From assembly GCF_036365525.1 (NCBI RefSeq), contig NW_027140807.1, positions 620,001 through 684,000 on the forward strand: DNA of 64,000 nucleotides, in the 5' to 3' direction. Below the pieces are notes generated by a model. The model saw only the letters and a program-made list of their open reading frames with translations. It had not been told where the DNA came from and did not search any database. This stretch comes from Heterodontus francisci (lineage: Eukaryota). This document shows, one piece after another, positions 11,901-23,372 of the stretch. How positions within the stretch are numbered: position 1 is the stretch's first letter; each line of letters opens with the position of its first letter. Both the position numbers and the translations under genes were made by a program.

Positions 11901-14900
11901 GGTCTGTTCCCGGGGCCCGGGGGGGTATTTAGATAGGAGTCTGTTCCTGGGGGGGGTATTTATATGGGGGTCTGTTCCCGGGGCCCGGGGGGGGGGGTAT
12001 TTAGATAGGAGTCTGTTCCCTGTGGGGTATTTAGATAGGATCCTGTTCCGGGGGTGGGGGGGGTATTTAGATAGGAGTCTGTTCCTGGGGGGGTATTTAG
12101 ATAGGAGACTGTTCCTGGGGGAGGTATTTAGATGGGAGTCTGTTCCTCGGGGGTGGTGGGGTATTTAGATAGGAGGCTGTTCCTCGGGGGTGGTGGGGTA
12201 TTTAGATAGGAGGCTGTTCCTGGGGGGGGTATTTAGATGGGGGTCTGTTCCCGGGGCCCGGGGGGGGGGGTATTTAGATAGGAGTCTGTTCCCGGTGGGG
12301 TATTTAGATAGGAGTCTGTTGTGGGGTATTTAGATAGGAGTCTGTTCCTGGGGGGGGTATTTAGATGGGGGTCTGTTCCCGGGGCCCGGGGGGGTGGTAT
12401 TTAGATAGGAGTCTGTTCCCGGGGGGGGGGGGTATTTAGATAGGAGTCTGTTCCCGGGGGGGGGTATTTAGATAGGAGTCTGTTCCGGGGGTGGGGGGGG
12501 TATTTAGATAGGAGTCTGTTCCCGGGGGGGGTGTATTTAGATAGGAGTCTGTTGTGGGGTATTTAGATAGGAGTCTGTTCCTCGGGGGGGGGGGGGTATT
12601 TAGATAGGAGTCTGTTGTGGGGTATTTAGATAGGAGTCTGTTCCCGGGTGGGGGGTGTATTTAGATAGGAGTCTGTTCCCGGGGGGGGGGGGTATTTAGA
12701 TAGGAGTCTGTTGTGGGGTATTTAGATAGGAGTCTGTTCCTCGGGGGGGGGGGTATTTAGATAGGAGTCTGTTGTGGGGTATTTAGATAGGAGTCTGTTC
12801 CCGGGGGGGTATTTAGATAGGAGTCTGTTCCCGGGGGGGGTGGTATTTAGATAGGAGTCTGTTGTGGGTATTTAGATAGGAGTCTGTTCCTCGGGCGTGG
12901 TGGGGTATTTAGATAGGAGTCTGTTCCCGGTGGGGTATTTAGATAGGAGTCTGTTGTGGGGTATTTAGATAGGAGTCTGTTCCTCGGGCGTGGTGGGGTA
13001 TTTAGATGGGAGTCTGTTCCTCGAGCGTGGTGGGGTATTTAGATAGGAGTCTGTTCCTGGGGGGGTATTTAGATGGGGGTCTGTTCCCGGGGCCCGGGGG
13101 GGGGTATTTAGATAGGAGTCTGTTCCCGAGGGGGGTTTTTAGATAGGAGTCTGTTCCCTGTGGGGTATTTAGATAGGAGTCTGTTGTGGGGTATTTAGAT
13201 AGGAGTCTGATCCTCGGAGGTGGTGGGGTATTTAGATAGGAGGCTGTTCCTGGGGGGGGTATTTAGATAGGAGTCTGTTCCCGGGGGGATGTTTAGATAG
13301 GAGTCTGTTCCGGGGGGAGGGGTATTTAGATAGGAGTCTGTTCCCTGTGGGGTATTTAGTATTTAGATAGGATCCTGTTCCGGGGGTGGGGGGGGTATTT
13401 AGATAGGAGTCTGTTCCCGGGGGGGGGGGGTATTTAGATAGGAGTCTGTTCCCGGGGGGGGGGGGGTATTTAGATAGGAGTCTGTTGTGGGGTATTTAGA
13501 TAGGAGTCTGTTCCTCGGGGGTGGTGGGGTATTTAGATAGGAGGCTGTTCCTCGGGGGTGGTGGGGTATTTAGATAGGAGGCTGTTCCTGGGGGAGGTAT
13601 TTAGATAGGAGTCTGTTCCTGGGGGAGGTATTTAGATGGGAGTCTGTTCCTGGGGGAGGTATTTAGATGGGAGTCTGTTCCTCGGGCGTGGTGGGGTATT
13701 TAGATAGGAGTCTGTTCCTGGGGGGGGGGGTATTTAGATGGGGGTCTGTTCCCGGGGCCCGGGGGGTATTTAGATAGGAGTCTGTTCCCGGTGGGGTATT
13801 TAGATAGGAGTCTGTTCCCGGGGGGGTATTTAGATAGGAGTCTGTTCCCGGTGGGGTATTTAGATAGGAGTCTGTTCCCGGGGGGGGGGGGGGTATTTAG
13901 ATAGGAGTCTGTTCCCGGTGGGGTATTTAGATAGGAGTCTGTTGTGGGGTACTTAGATAGGAGTCTGTTCCTCGGGGGTGGTGGGGTATTTAGATAGGAG
14001 GCTGTTCCTGGGGGGAGGGTATTTAGATGGGGGTCTGTTCCCGGGGCCCGGGGGTGGTATTTAGATAGGAGTCTGTTCCGGGGGGGGGTATTTAGATAGG
14101 AGTCTGTTCCCGGTGGGGTATTTAGATAGGAGTCTGTTGTGGGGTATTTAGATAGGAGTCTGTTCCTCGGGGGTGGTGGGGTATTTAGATAGGAGGCTGT
14201 TCCTGGGGGGGGTATTTAGATTGGGGTCTGTTCCCGGGGCCCGGGGGGGGGGGGTATTCAGATAGGAGTCTGTTCCTGGGGGGGGGGTATTTAGATGGGG
14301 GTCTGTTCCCGGGGCCCGGGGGGGTATTTAGATAGGAGTCTGTTCCTGGGGGGGGTACTTAGATGGGGGTCTGTTCCCGGGGCCCGGGGGTGGGGGTGGT
14401 ATTTAGATAGGAGTCTGTTCCCGGGGGGGGGGGTATTTAGATAGGTGTCTGTTCCCGGTGGGGTATTTAGATAGGAGTCTGTTCCCGGGGGGGGTAATTA
14501 GATAGGGGTCTGTTGTGGGGTATTTAGATAGGAGTCTGTTCCTCGGGGGTGGTGGGGTATTTAGATAGGAGGCTGTTCCTGGGGAGGTATTTAGATTGGA
14601 GTCTGTTCCTGGGGGAGGTATTTAGATGGGAGTCTGTTCCTAGGGGGTGGTGGGGTATTTAGATAGGAGGCTGTTCCTCGGGGGTGGTGGGGTATTTAGA
14701 TAGGAGGCTGTTCCTGGGGGGGGATATTTAGATGGGGGTCTGATCCCGGGGCCCGGTGGGGGGGGGGTATTTAGATAGGAGTCTGTTCCCGGGGGGGGGG
14801 GGGTATTTAGATAGGAGTCAGTTCCCGGTGGGGTATTTAGATAGGAGTCTGTTGTGGGGTATTTAGATAGGAGTCTGTTCCTCGGGGGTGGTGGGGTATT

Positions 14901-16311
14901 TAGATAGGAGTCTGTTCCTGGGGGAGGGGGGTATTTAGATGGGGGTCTGTTCCCGGGGCCCGGGGGGGGGTATTTAGATAGGAGTCTGTTCCTGGGGGGG
15001 TATTTAGATGGGGGTCTGTTCCCGGGGCCCGGGGGGGTATTTAGATAGGAGTCTGTTCCTGGGGGGGTATTTATATGGGGGTCTGTTCCCTGTGGGGTAT
15101 TTAGATAGGATCCTGTTCCGGGGGTGGGGGGGGTATTTAGATAGGAGTCTGTTCCTGGGGGGGTATTTAGATAGGAGACTGTTCCTGGGGGAGGTATTTA
15201 GATGGGAGTCTGTTCCTCGGGGGTGGTGGGGTATTTAGATAGGAGGCTGTTCCTCGGGGGTGGTGGGGTATTTAGATAGGAGGCTGTTCCTGGGGGGGGT
15301 ATTTAGATGGGGGTCTGTTCCCGGGGCCCGGGGGGGGGGTATTTAGATAGGAGTCTGTTCCCGGTGGGGTATTTAGATAGGAGTCTGTTGTGGGGTATTT
15401 AGATAGGAGTCTGTTCCTGGGGGGGGTATTTAGATGGGTGTCTGTTCCCGGGGTCCGGGGGGGGGGTATTTAGATAGGAGTCTGTTCCTGGGGGGTATTT
15501 AGATAGGATCCTGTTCCGGGGGTGGGGGGGGTATGTAGATAGGAGTCTGTTCCCGGGGGCGGGGTATTTAGATAGGAGTCTGTTCCGGGGGTGGTGGGGG
15601 GCGGTATTTAGATAGGAGTCTGTTCCTGGGGGGGGTATTTAGATGGGGGTCTGTTCCCGGGACCCGGGGGGCGGGGTGGTATTTAGATAGGAGTCTGTTC
15701 CCGGGGGGGGGGGGTATTTAGATAGGAGTCTGTTCCCGGTGGGGTATTTAGATAGGAGTCGGTTCCCGGGGGGGGGGGGGGTATTTAGATAGGAGTCTGT
15801 TGTGGGGTATTTAGATAGGAGTCTGTTCCTCGGGGGTGGTGGGGTATTTAGATAGGAGGCTGTTCCTGGGGGAGGTATTTAGATAGGAGTCTGTTCCTGG
15901 GGGAGGTATTTAGATGGGAGTCTGTTCCTGGGGGAGGTATTTAGATGGGAGTCTGTTCCTCGGGCGTGGTGGGGTATTTAGATAGGAGTCTGTTCCTGGG
16001 GGGGTGTATTTAGATGGGGGTCTGTTCCCGGGGCCCGGGGGGGGGGTATTTAGATAGGAGTCTGTTCCCGGGGGGGGGGGGGTTATTTAGATAGGAGTCT
16101 GTTCCCGGTGGGGTATTTAGATAGGAGTCTGTTGTGGGGTATTTAGATAGGAGTCTGTTCCTCGGGGGTGGTGGGCTATTTAGATAGGAGGCTGTTCCTG
16201 GGGGGGGGGGGGGGTATTTAGATGGGGGTCTGTTCCCGGGGCCCGGGGGGGGGGGTATTTAGATAGGAGTCTGTTCCCTGTGGGGTATTTAGATAGGATC
16301 CTGTTCCGGGG
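8999..16311 (+). repeat. 7.3-kb G-rich minisatellite, unit GTATTTAGATAGGAGTCTGTT(CCCG/CCT/GT)Gn, with an internal ~3.1-kb higher-order duplication
   Basis: Over 200 units of ~26-45 bp; rare variants recur ~3110 bp apart (TCGAGCGTGG 9909/13021; GTCAGTTCCCGG ~11704/14817). Confidence 0.97.
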
Positions 16312-17165
16312 ATAGATAACCAGTTAGAGAGATATACAGATAGAGAGACAGAGAGATAGATAACCAGGTAAGAGATCGATTGATCCAGAGACAGAGTGAT
16401 AGGTAACCAGGTAGAGAGATAGATAGATAGAGAGACAGAGTGATAGATAACCAGTTAGAGAGATATATAGATAGAGAGACAGAGTGATAGATAACCAGTT
16501 AGAGAGATATATAGATAGAGAGACAGAGAGATAGGTAACCAGTTAGAGAGATATATAGATAGAGAGACAGAGAGATAGATAACCAGGTAGGGAGATATAT
16601 AGATAGAGAGACAGAGAGATAGATAACCAGTTAGAGAGATATATAGATAGAGAGACAGAGAGATAGATAACCAGTTAGAGAGATATATAGATAGAGAGAC
16701 AGAGAGATAGGTAACCAGGTAGAGAGATATATAGATAGAGAGACAGAGAGATAGGTAACCAGGTAGAGAGATATTTCGATAGAGAGACAGAGTGATAGAT
16801 AACCAGGTAGAGAGATATATAGATAGAGAGACAGAGAGATAGATAACCAGTTAGAGAGATATATAGATCGAGAGACAGAGTGATAGATAACCAGTTAGAG
16901 AGATATATAGATAGAGAGACAGAGAGATAGATAACCAGTTAGAGAGATATATAGATAGAGAGACAGAGAGATAGGTAACCGGGTAGAGAGATATATAGAC
17001 AGAGAGACAGAGAGATAGATAACCAGTTAGAGAGATATATAGATAGAGAGACAGAGAGATAGATAACCAGGTAGAGAGATATATAGATAGAGAGACAGAG
17101 AGATAGATAACCAGTTAGAGAGATATATAGATAGAGAGACAGAGAGATAGATAACCAGTTAGAGA
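16312..17165 (+). repeat. 44-bp tandem repeat (~19 copies) GATAGATAACCAGTTAGAGAGATATATAGATAGAGAGACAGAGA
   Basis: Period measured between 16441 and 16485; a single related unit is present in the paralogous flank near 7410-7450. Confidence 0.93.
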
Positions 17166-18061
17166 GATGGATAGATAGAGAGACAGTCAGGTAGACAGGT
17201 AGATACTGAGAGAGAGAGGTAGATCGAGGGAAACTCAGATAGGTAGAGAAATAGCAAGCTGGATAGAGAGACAGTCAGGTAGACAGATAGATATAGAGAG
17301 AGGTTGAGAAATAGAGAGATAGAGGGAAATTCAGAGAGGTAGAGAAATAACGAGCCAGACAGAGAGACAGTCACTGCCCCTGCAAAAGACAGGGATGTTA
17401 ATTGGCATTCTCTCATTTTACACCAGCTTGGTAACTAGAATGAGGTAGAGGGATGGAGGGAGAGGGAAAGAGAGGGAGGGAGAGAGAGGAATGGAGGGGG
17501 ACTGATGGAGAGAGTGAGAGAGAGAGATGGAGAGAGTGAGAGAGAGGGATGGAGAGAGGGAGCGACAGGAAGTTATTGATCAGTCATGATCTCATTGAAG
17601 GGCGGAGTGTGTTCCAGACTCTGATGTTTATCATGGTCCTACAGCGCACTCCGCTGTCCCTTTGGAGTAAAAAAACACAGTGACATAAAACGACAACGTA
17701 TGTATCTATCTCTCTATCTATCGATCTCTCTATCTATCTGCATTTATCTGATCTTCATTTCACATATTAAAATCTTTAATAATCTCTCTAAGAACGCTGA
17801 ATGTTTACCCTTCAGTTTCTCCTTTCTGGAGCAAAGATCCCCTGATGTTCAAACTATCTTGATAACTTTAACCTCTGTGTTCTGATATCATTCCTGTGAA
17901 GTCGATTTCACAATTCTCCTGTGTTTCCATATCTAACCTGTTACTTTCTATAGAAATCCGCCTGTCTTCTTGTGAAAAACATGTTCCCAATGATAAAAAC
18001 ACCCAACAGGATGCAGCACCGCCTTATTTTATCTGAAACAGGTATTTCCTGCTGCCTTTGG

Positions 18062-18100
18062 GGTTTTTGTTGAACTGCACCATCTCTCTGAGTCAGTCTG
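18062..18100 (-). other. 23-RSS of V5, heptamer CAGACTG
   Basis: CAGACTG-23-ACAAAAACC; third heptamer base altered. Confidence 0.9.
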
Positions 18101-18552
18101 AAGACTCCAGGCACAGAAATACACGGCCGAGTGATTCTCCCGAAGGCTGGAGGACTCCAGGTTGAACTGGGAATCAGTCTGTCTCTCGGCGGTGAAACCA
18201 TCCACCGTCCGCTCTGGATCCACATAGTTAGCAGTATTGGAGTAAAACATCAACAGCGGCTCGTTCCCCGGGTATTGTCTGTACCAGTACATGTTGAGGT
18301 TACTGCTGCTCCCCTCCACAGTGCACATCAGTTCCACTCCTTTCCCGGGAAATCTGGAGACAGCGGCGGGAATCTGGTGGATAGTCTGTGAGTTCACATC
18401 TGGGAGAGAGATGGAGAGAGGAGGAGATCAGTAAACAGGGAATTTCTGGGAATGAAAGAAAGACAGGGAGAGGAGAGGAAGGTTCTGACTGATAATCTTT
18501 GTATTTGGCACTTACGTTGAACCAGGATTATCAGAGCCAGGAACAGATACAT
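18101..18552 (-). CDS. TRBV: TCR beta V segment V5; open ORF, RSS heptamer defective
   Basis: Leader 18552-18516 (MYLFLALIILVQ); V exon 18399-18101 open, ends CAWS. Confidence 0.9.
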
Positions 18553-19425
18553 CTCCCACTTGACACTGCCCTGTCAAACAGCAAAGGCAGTGGAACAGAT
18601 GAGATCAGTTCTGTGGCTAACCAATCCGCTCCTGACAAATCATTGAGTAAGACATGAAGGGCATGAAGACGTGATGCAGTGTTGGACACGCCCCCTTCCA
18701 CCACCCAACCAATCAGAATGGACGTGGTTGCTTATGATGGCTGAGTGACTGGATTAAGTGTTGTTAACATCCTCAACAAGGGTGTCTGTTGTTCAGTTCC
18801 TAACTTATTGATTAGAAATCTCCAACTGTTCATATCCAGATTCCAAATGAACCTCATCGGCATTCCCAAATTAGCCACATGTAGATTCCCAATGATAGAC
18901 ATCTGGATTCCAAATGATCTGCTCCTGTGGAGGATGTATTCGTGTGTTGCTAATTCAACTAGACTCCTCATCCACAGCCTCAGCTAGTGTTTTCGTAACG
19001 TGAGGGTGAATCCCACCAATACAGATCATGAAATTGCAGCAATCCATTTAGTTCACTGATGTCCATTAGGGATGGAAATCTGCCTCCTTCACCTGGTCTG
19101 GCCTACTTGTGACTCCAGATCCACACATTGTGGTAGACTCTTAAAAGCCCTCTGCAATGACCAAGCAAGTCATCCAGTTCAAGGGCTATTAGGAATGGGC
19201 AATAAATGCTGGCCTCGCTGGCGAGGCCCACATCTCATGAACGAATTAAGAAAAACAGGCCGATGTTGATTCACAAATAGTCAGCTGGGAGTCCTGGCAA
19301 TCATTTCCTGCAACACTGGCCCAAGGGAAGTAGGTTCAACAATATCTGGGTCACACTGGGCTGCTGATCTATTCGACAGCTCGGTCTGTGCTCATTACTG
19401 GGCCTATAACCATCAGGGTGGCTCA

Positions 19426-19600
19426 AATCTACTGCTGCCACCTGCTGGCGGAAAATGAGCACTGAGATTCAATCTACTGCTGCCACCTGCTGGCGACAAA
19501 TGAGCACTGAGATTCATTCTCTGCTGCCCCCTGCCGGGGGAGGATGAGCACAGAGATTCAATCTACTGCTGCCCCCTGTCGGTGGAAGATGAGCACTGAA
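19426..19600 (-). promoter_or_regulatory. Four tandem 44-45-bp units, each with a CTCF-like site
   Basis: Cores CCAGCAGGTGGCAG (19435-19448, 19480-19493), CCGGCAGGGGGCAG (19524-19537) and CCGACAGGGGGCAG (19569-19582), each preceded by a (CA/CT)GTGCTC upstream-motif-like string. Confidence 0.75.
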
Positions 19601-19619
19601 CTCCCGTTCATCCGCTGCA

Positions 19620-19658
19620 GGTTTTTGCAGCTGCGGATCCGCTTTCTCAAACACTGTG
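19620..19658 (-). other. 23-RSS of V6
   Basis: CACAGTG-23-GCAAAAACC. Confidence 0.93.
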
Positions 19659-20527
19659 CGACACTGCAAGCGCAGAAATAGACAGCGGTGTGAGATGGAG
19701 TGGCGTCTCTCAGTGCCAAAGTAAACAGTGTATTGCTGGCTCTGTCTGCCTTAAATGACTCGGACGTGTAATTGGTAACAGACCCTTCTGGAGCAGAAAA
19801 GAACAGAGCTTCCAGTGCCCTGTCTGGTTGTTGTCTGTACCAGTACAGAAAGGAATAGGCAGTATTGGTCAGCGTGCATCTGAGTGTTGTCGACTCTCCT
19901 GCTGCAATCGATAGGATAGAGGCCGACTGTTCCACATAGGAGGCGAGTATTCCTTTGGATGGAACATCGATTAGATTATCATTTCAGTCAATAATGGAAT
20001 GGAGCAGGGGTTGCATTGCAAGAAAAAAAGGGCTTACATTGATATAGCGCCATTCAGGACCTCAGGACATCAGAAAGGGCTTTGCAACCAATGTAGTTAC
20101 TCCCTCAGTACAGCCTCTGCGACAGTGCAGCACCCACTAAGTACTGCCTCTGTGACAGTGCTGCACTCCCTCAGTACTGCCTCTGCGACAGTGCAGCACA
20201 CCCTCAGTACTGCCTCTGTGACAGTGCTGCACTCCCTCAGTACTGCCTCTGCGACAGTGCAGCACACCCTCAGTACAGCCTTTGCGACAGTGCAGCACTC
20301 CCTCAGTACTGCCTCTGCGACAGTGCAGCACTTCCCCAGTACTGCCTCTGCGACAGTGCAGCACTCCCTCAGTCCTGACACGTGGTTTGTCAGCCTTGAC
20401 ATTGAGCTCAAATGTTCTGGAGTGAGACTCAGACACAGGAGTGTTCCGGACAGAATCACCCCTAACATTACAATACATTATTCGACACTGTTTCTGACTT
20501 TGACTTACGTGGGAACAGGGCAGGCAT
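19659..20527 (-). CDS. TRBV: TCR beta V segment V6 (second family); open V exon but leader truncated
   Basis: V exon 19952-19659 open (C, WYRQ, YFCAC); a ~43-bp deletion relative to V7 removes the leader ATG, leaving only MPALFP (20527-20509). Confidence 0.8.
20098..20376 (+). repeat. 33-bp minisatellite in the V6 intron (~8 copies; ~3 copies in the V7 intron at 22372-22485)
   Basis: CAGTACTGCCTCTGCGACAGTGCAGCACTCCCT units. Confidence 0.9.
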
Positions 20528-21891
20528 CAAGATTAGACAGATGTGTGAACGTGTGGAGTTTTCAACAACACACTTGCAGGCGGTTTCTTTATTGTATCCA
20601 ATCAAATACCCAGCATCCGGTTGTCATTGTTATTGGCAGTCACTTACTGTGACACTCTGCTCCACCCCATTACTTTGCATAGCAATGTTGTAGAATGATA
20701 CAACACAGGAGGATAGGGGGAGATTGAATAGAGGTGTTCACATTTCAGAAAGGGCTTTGATAGAGTAGAATTCAGGGAAACGCCCCTCTACACCCAGAGA
20801 ATGTGCCCATCCCTTATTGCCCCTGAGAAGGTGATGGTGAACCATCTTCGGGAATACCTGCTGGGCCATATCAGAGGGCAGTTAATAGTCAACCACATTG
20901 CTGTGGGTCTGGAGTCACATATAGGCCAGACCGGGTAGGAATGGCGGATTTCCTTCCCTGAAGGTAATCAATGAAGACGCTGGGTTTTTAAGACACTCCA
21001 TGTTCAGGATTACTCATACTTTCCATGACAGATTTTTATTTATTTAATTAATTGAATTTAAATTGCATTTCTGCCCCGGTGGGAATTGAACTCAAGTCTG
21101 GGGATCATTAGTCCAGGCCTCTGGATTACTAGCCCAGTAACATAACTGCTCTGCTGCCGAACCTCCGTGGTGAATGGGAGTTAAATGGTTAAATTGTTCA
21201 CTGGTCTGAACTGCTAGTTTCTTTGAAGAACACATTAAATGTGACTCGAGTCTGAGGTGAAAGTGGGTAAAGAGTTTTCAGCAGCTTCTGAACTCGCTGT
21301 CAGGAGGCAGGTGTCCCAGAGATGAAGGTATCTGGAGAGGGGTTTCGACTTTGAACAGTGTGAAACAGCGCTCAGATGGTTCAGGGTTCTGCGCTGAGTT
21401 AGTTTCTGTGCATTGGGGAGTTGTTCACCTCTGTGTAGTGAAGGTTAGAGGGAGATTAACCAGACTTGTATCAGGGATGAGGGACTTCATTTACTGTGGA
21501 GAGACTGGAGAAGCTGGGGGTTTCTGCCCTTAGAACAGAGAAGGTTAATGGTAGATGTGATACAGATATTGAAGATCATAGAGGATTTTGATAGATAATT
21601 GATGACAAATCACATCTTCTACTGGTCAATATATAGAAAATCTATGAAAAGATGGTCATTCATTACATTACTGCAGTATGTTTAATTAGTTCATACAAAC
21701 TTTAATTACCTAAAGATAGATTTAGATAGACAGAGAGACAGAGAGATAGATAACCAGGTAAAGTGATAGATAGATAGAGAGACAGAGAGATAAACAATCA
21801 GGTGGACAGATAGATATGAACAATAAGCTTCAATCTACTGCTGACCCCTGCCAGTTGAAGATGAGCACTGAACTCCCGTTCATCCGCTGCA

Positions 21892-21930
21892 GGTTTTTGC
21901 AGCTGCTGATCCGCTTTCTCAAACACTGTG
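21892..21930 (-). other. 23-RSS of V7
   Basis: CACAGTG-23-GCAAAAACC. Confidence 0.93.
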
Positions 21931-22666
21931 CGATACTACAAGCGCAGAAATAGACAGCGGTGTGAGATGGAGCGGCGTCTCTCAGTGCCAAAGTAAACAG
22001 TGTATTGCTGGCTCTGTCTGCCTTAAATGACTCGGACGTGTAATTGGTGACAGACCCTGTTCCAGCAGAATAGAACAGAGCTTCCAGTGCCCTGTCTGGT
22101 TGTTGTCTGTACCAGGACATTAATGTGTAGCCAGTATTCTTCAGCGTGCATCTGAGTGTTGTCGACTCTCCTGCGGAAAGTGATAGGATAGAGGGTGACT
22201 GTTCCACATAGGAGGCGAGTATTCCTGTTGGACGGAACATCGATTAGATTATTATTTCAGTCAACAATGGATTGGAGCAGAGGCTGCATTACAAGAAAGA
22301 GAGGGCTTACATTAATATATCGCAGTTCAGGACCTCAGGGCATCAGAAAGGGCTTTGCAACCAATGTAGTAACTCCCTCAGGACTGCCTCTGCGACAGTG
22401 CGGCACACCCGCAGTACTGCCTCTGCGGCAGTGCAGCACACCCGCAGTACTGCCTCTGCGACAGTCCAGCACTCCCTCAGCCCTGACACCTGGGGTGTTA
22501 GTTTTGACTTTGAGCTCAAGTGTTCTGGAGTGAGACTCTGACACAGCAGTGTTATGGAACAGAATCACCGCTGACATTACAATACATTATTCGACACAGT
22601 TTCTGACTTTGACTTACGTGGGAAGAGTGCAGCCATCAAGATTAGACTGAGAACTTCATGCAACAT
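21931..22666 (-). CDS. TRBV: TCR beta V segment V7, apparently functional (paralog of V6)
   Basis: Leader 22666-22618 (MLHEVLSLILMAALFP, GTAAGT donor); V exon 22224-21931 open. Confidence 0.9.
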
Positions 22667-23089
22667 GATTTCTTCATTCGATACGAACTCGATGTGTGAA
22701 CGTGTGGAGTTTTCAACAACACACTTGCAGGCAGTTTCTATATTGTATCCAATTAAATACCCAGCATCCGGTTGTCATTGTGATTGGCAGTCACTTACTG
22801 CGACACTCTGCTCCACCCCATTACTTTCCGTAGCAATGTTGTAGAATGATACAACACAGGAGGATAGGGGGAGATTGAATAGAGGTGTTCACATTTCAGA
22901 AAGGGATTTGATAGAGTACAATTCAGGGAAACAACCCTCTGGACCCAAAGAGTGTGCCCATCCCTTATTGCCCTTGAGAAGGTGGTGGTGAACCATCTTC
23001 GGGAATACCTGCTGGGCAGTTAATAGTCAACAACATTGCTGTTGGTCTGGAGGCACATATAGGCCAGACCGTGTAAGAACGGCATATTT

Positions 23090-23372
23090 CACTATGTTCA
23101 CTATGGAGAAGGATGATGTAGGTGTAGATATCAGGGAGGGGGGTTGTGATATACTTGAACATATTTGCTTTTAAAGGGAGGAGTATCAGCTGTTTTAGAA
23201 GACTTAAAAGTGGATAAGACCGCAGCCCGGATGAGACATATCCCAGGCTGTTATGTGAGGCAAGGGAGGAGATTTCAGGGCCTCTGACACAAATTTTCAA
23301 TTCCCCTCTGGCCACAGGAGTGGTCTCAGAGGACTGGAGGACAGCGAATGTGGTACCATTATTCTAGAAGGA
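23090..23372 (+). mobile_element. CR1 LINE internal fragment
   Basis: Degenerate VDK.PD..YPRLL.EAREEI..PL...PEDWR.ANVVP coding sequence. Confidence 0.7.

Noticed and set aside
8999-16311. CRISPR-like look (constant ~21-bp repeat with variable spacers)
   Set aside because: Spacers are only G-runs and a few recurring variants, there are no cas genes, and the context is vertebrate
8999-16311. Immunoglobulin switch region
   Set aside because: Lacks AGCT hotspots, has no adjacent constant exon, and the G-rich strand is opposite to V-sense transcription
19999-20652. Repetitive ORFs on both strands
   Set aside because: Product of the 33-bp intronic minisatellite
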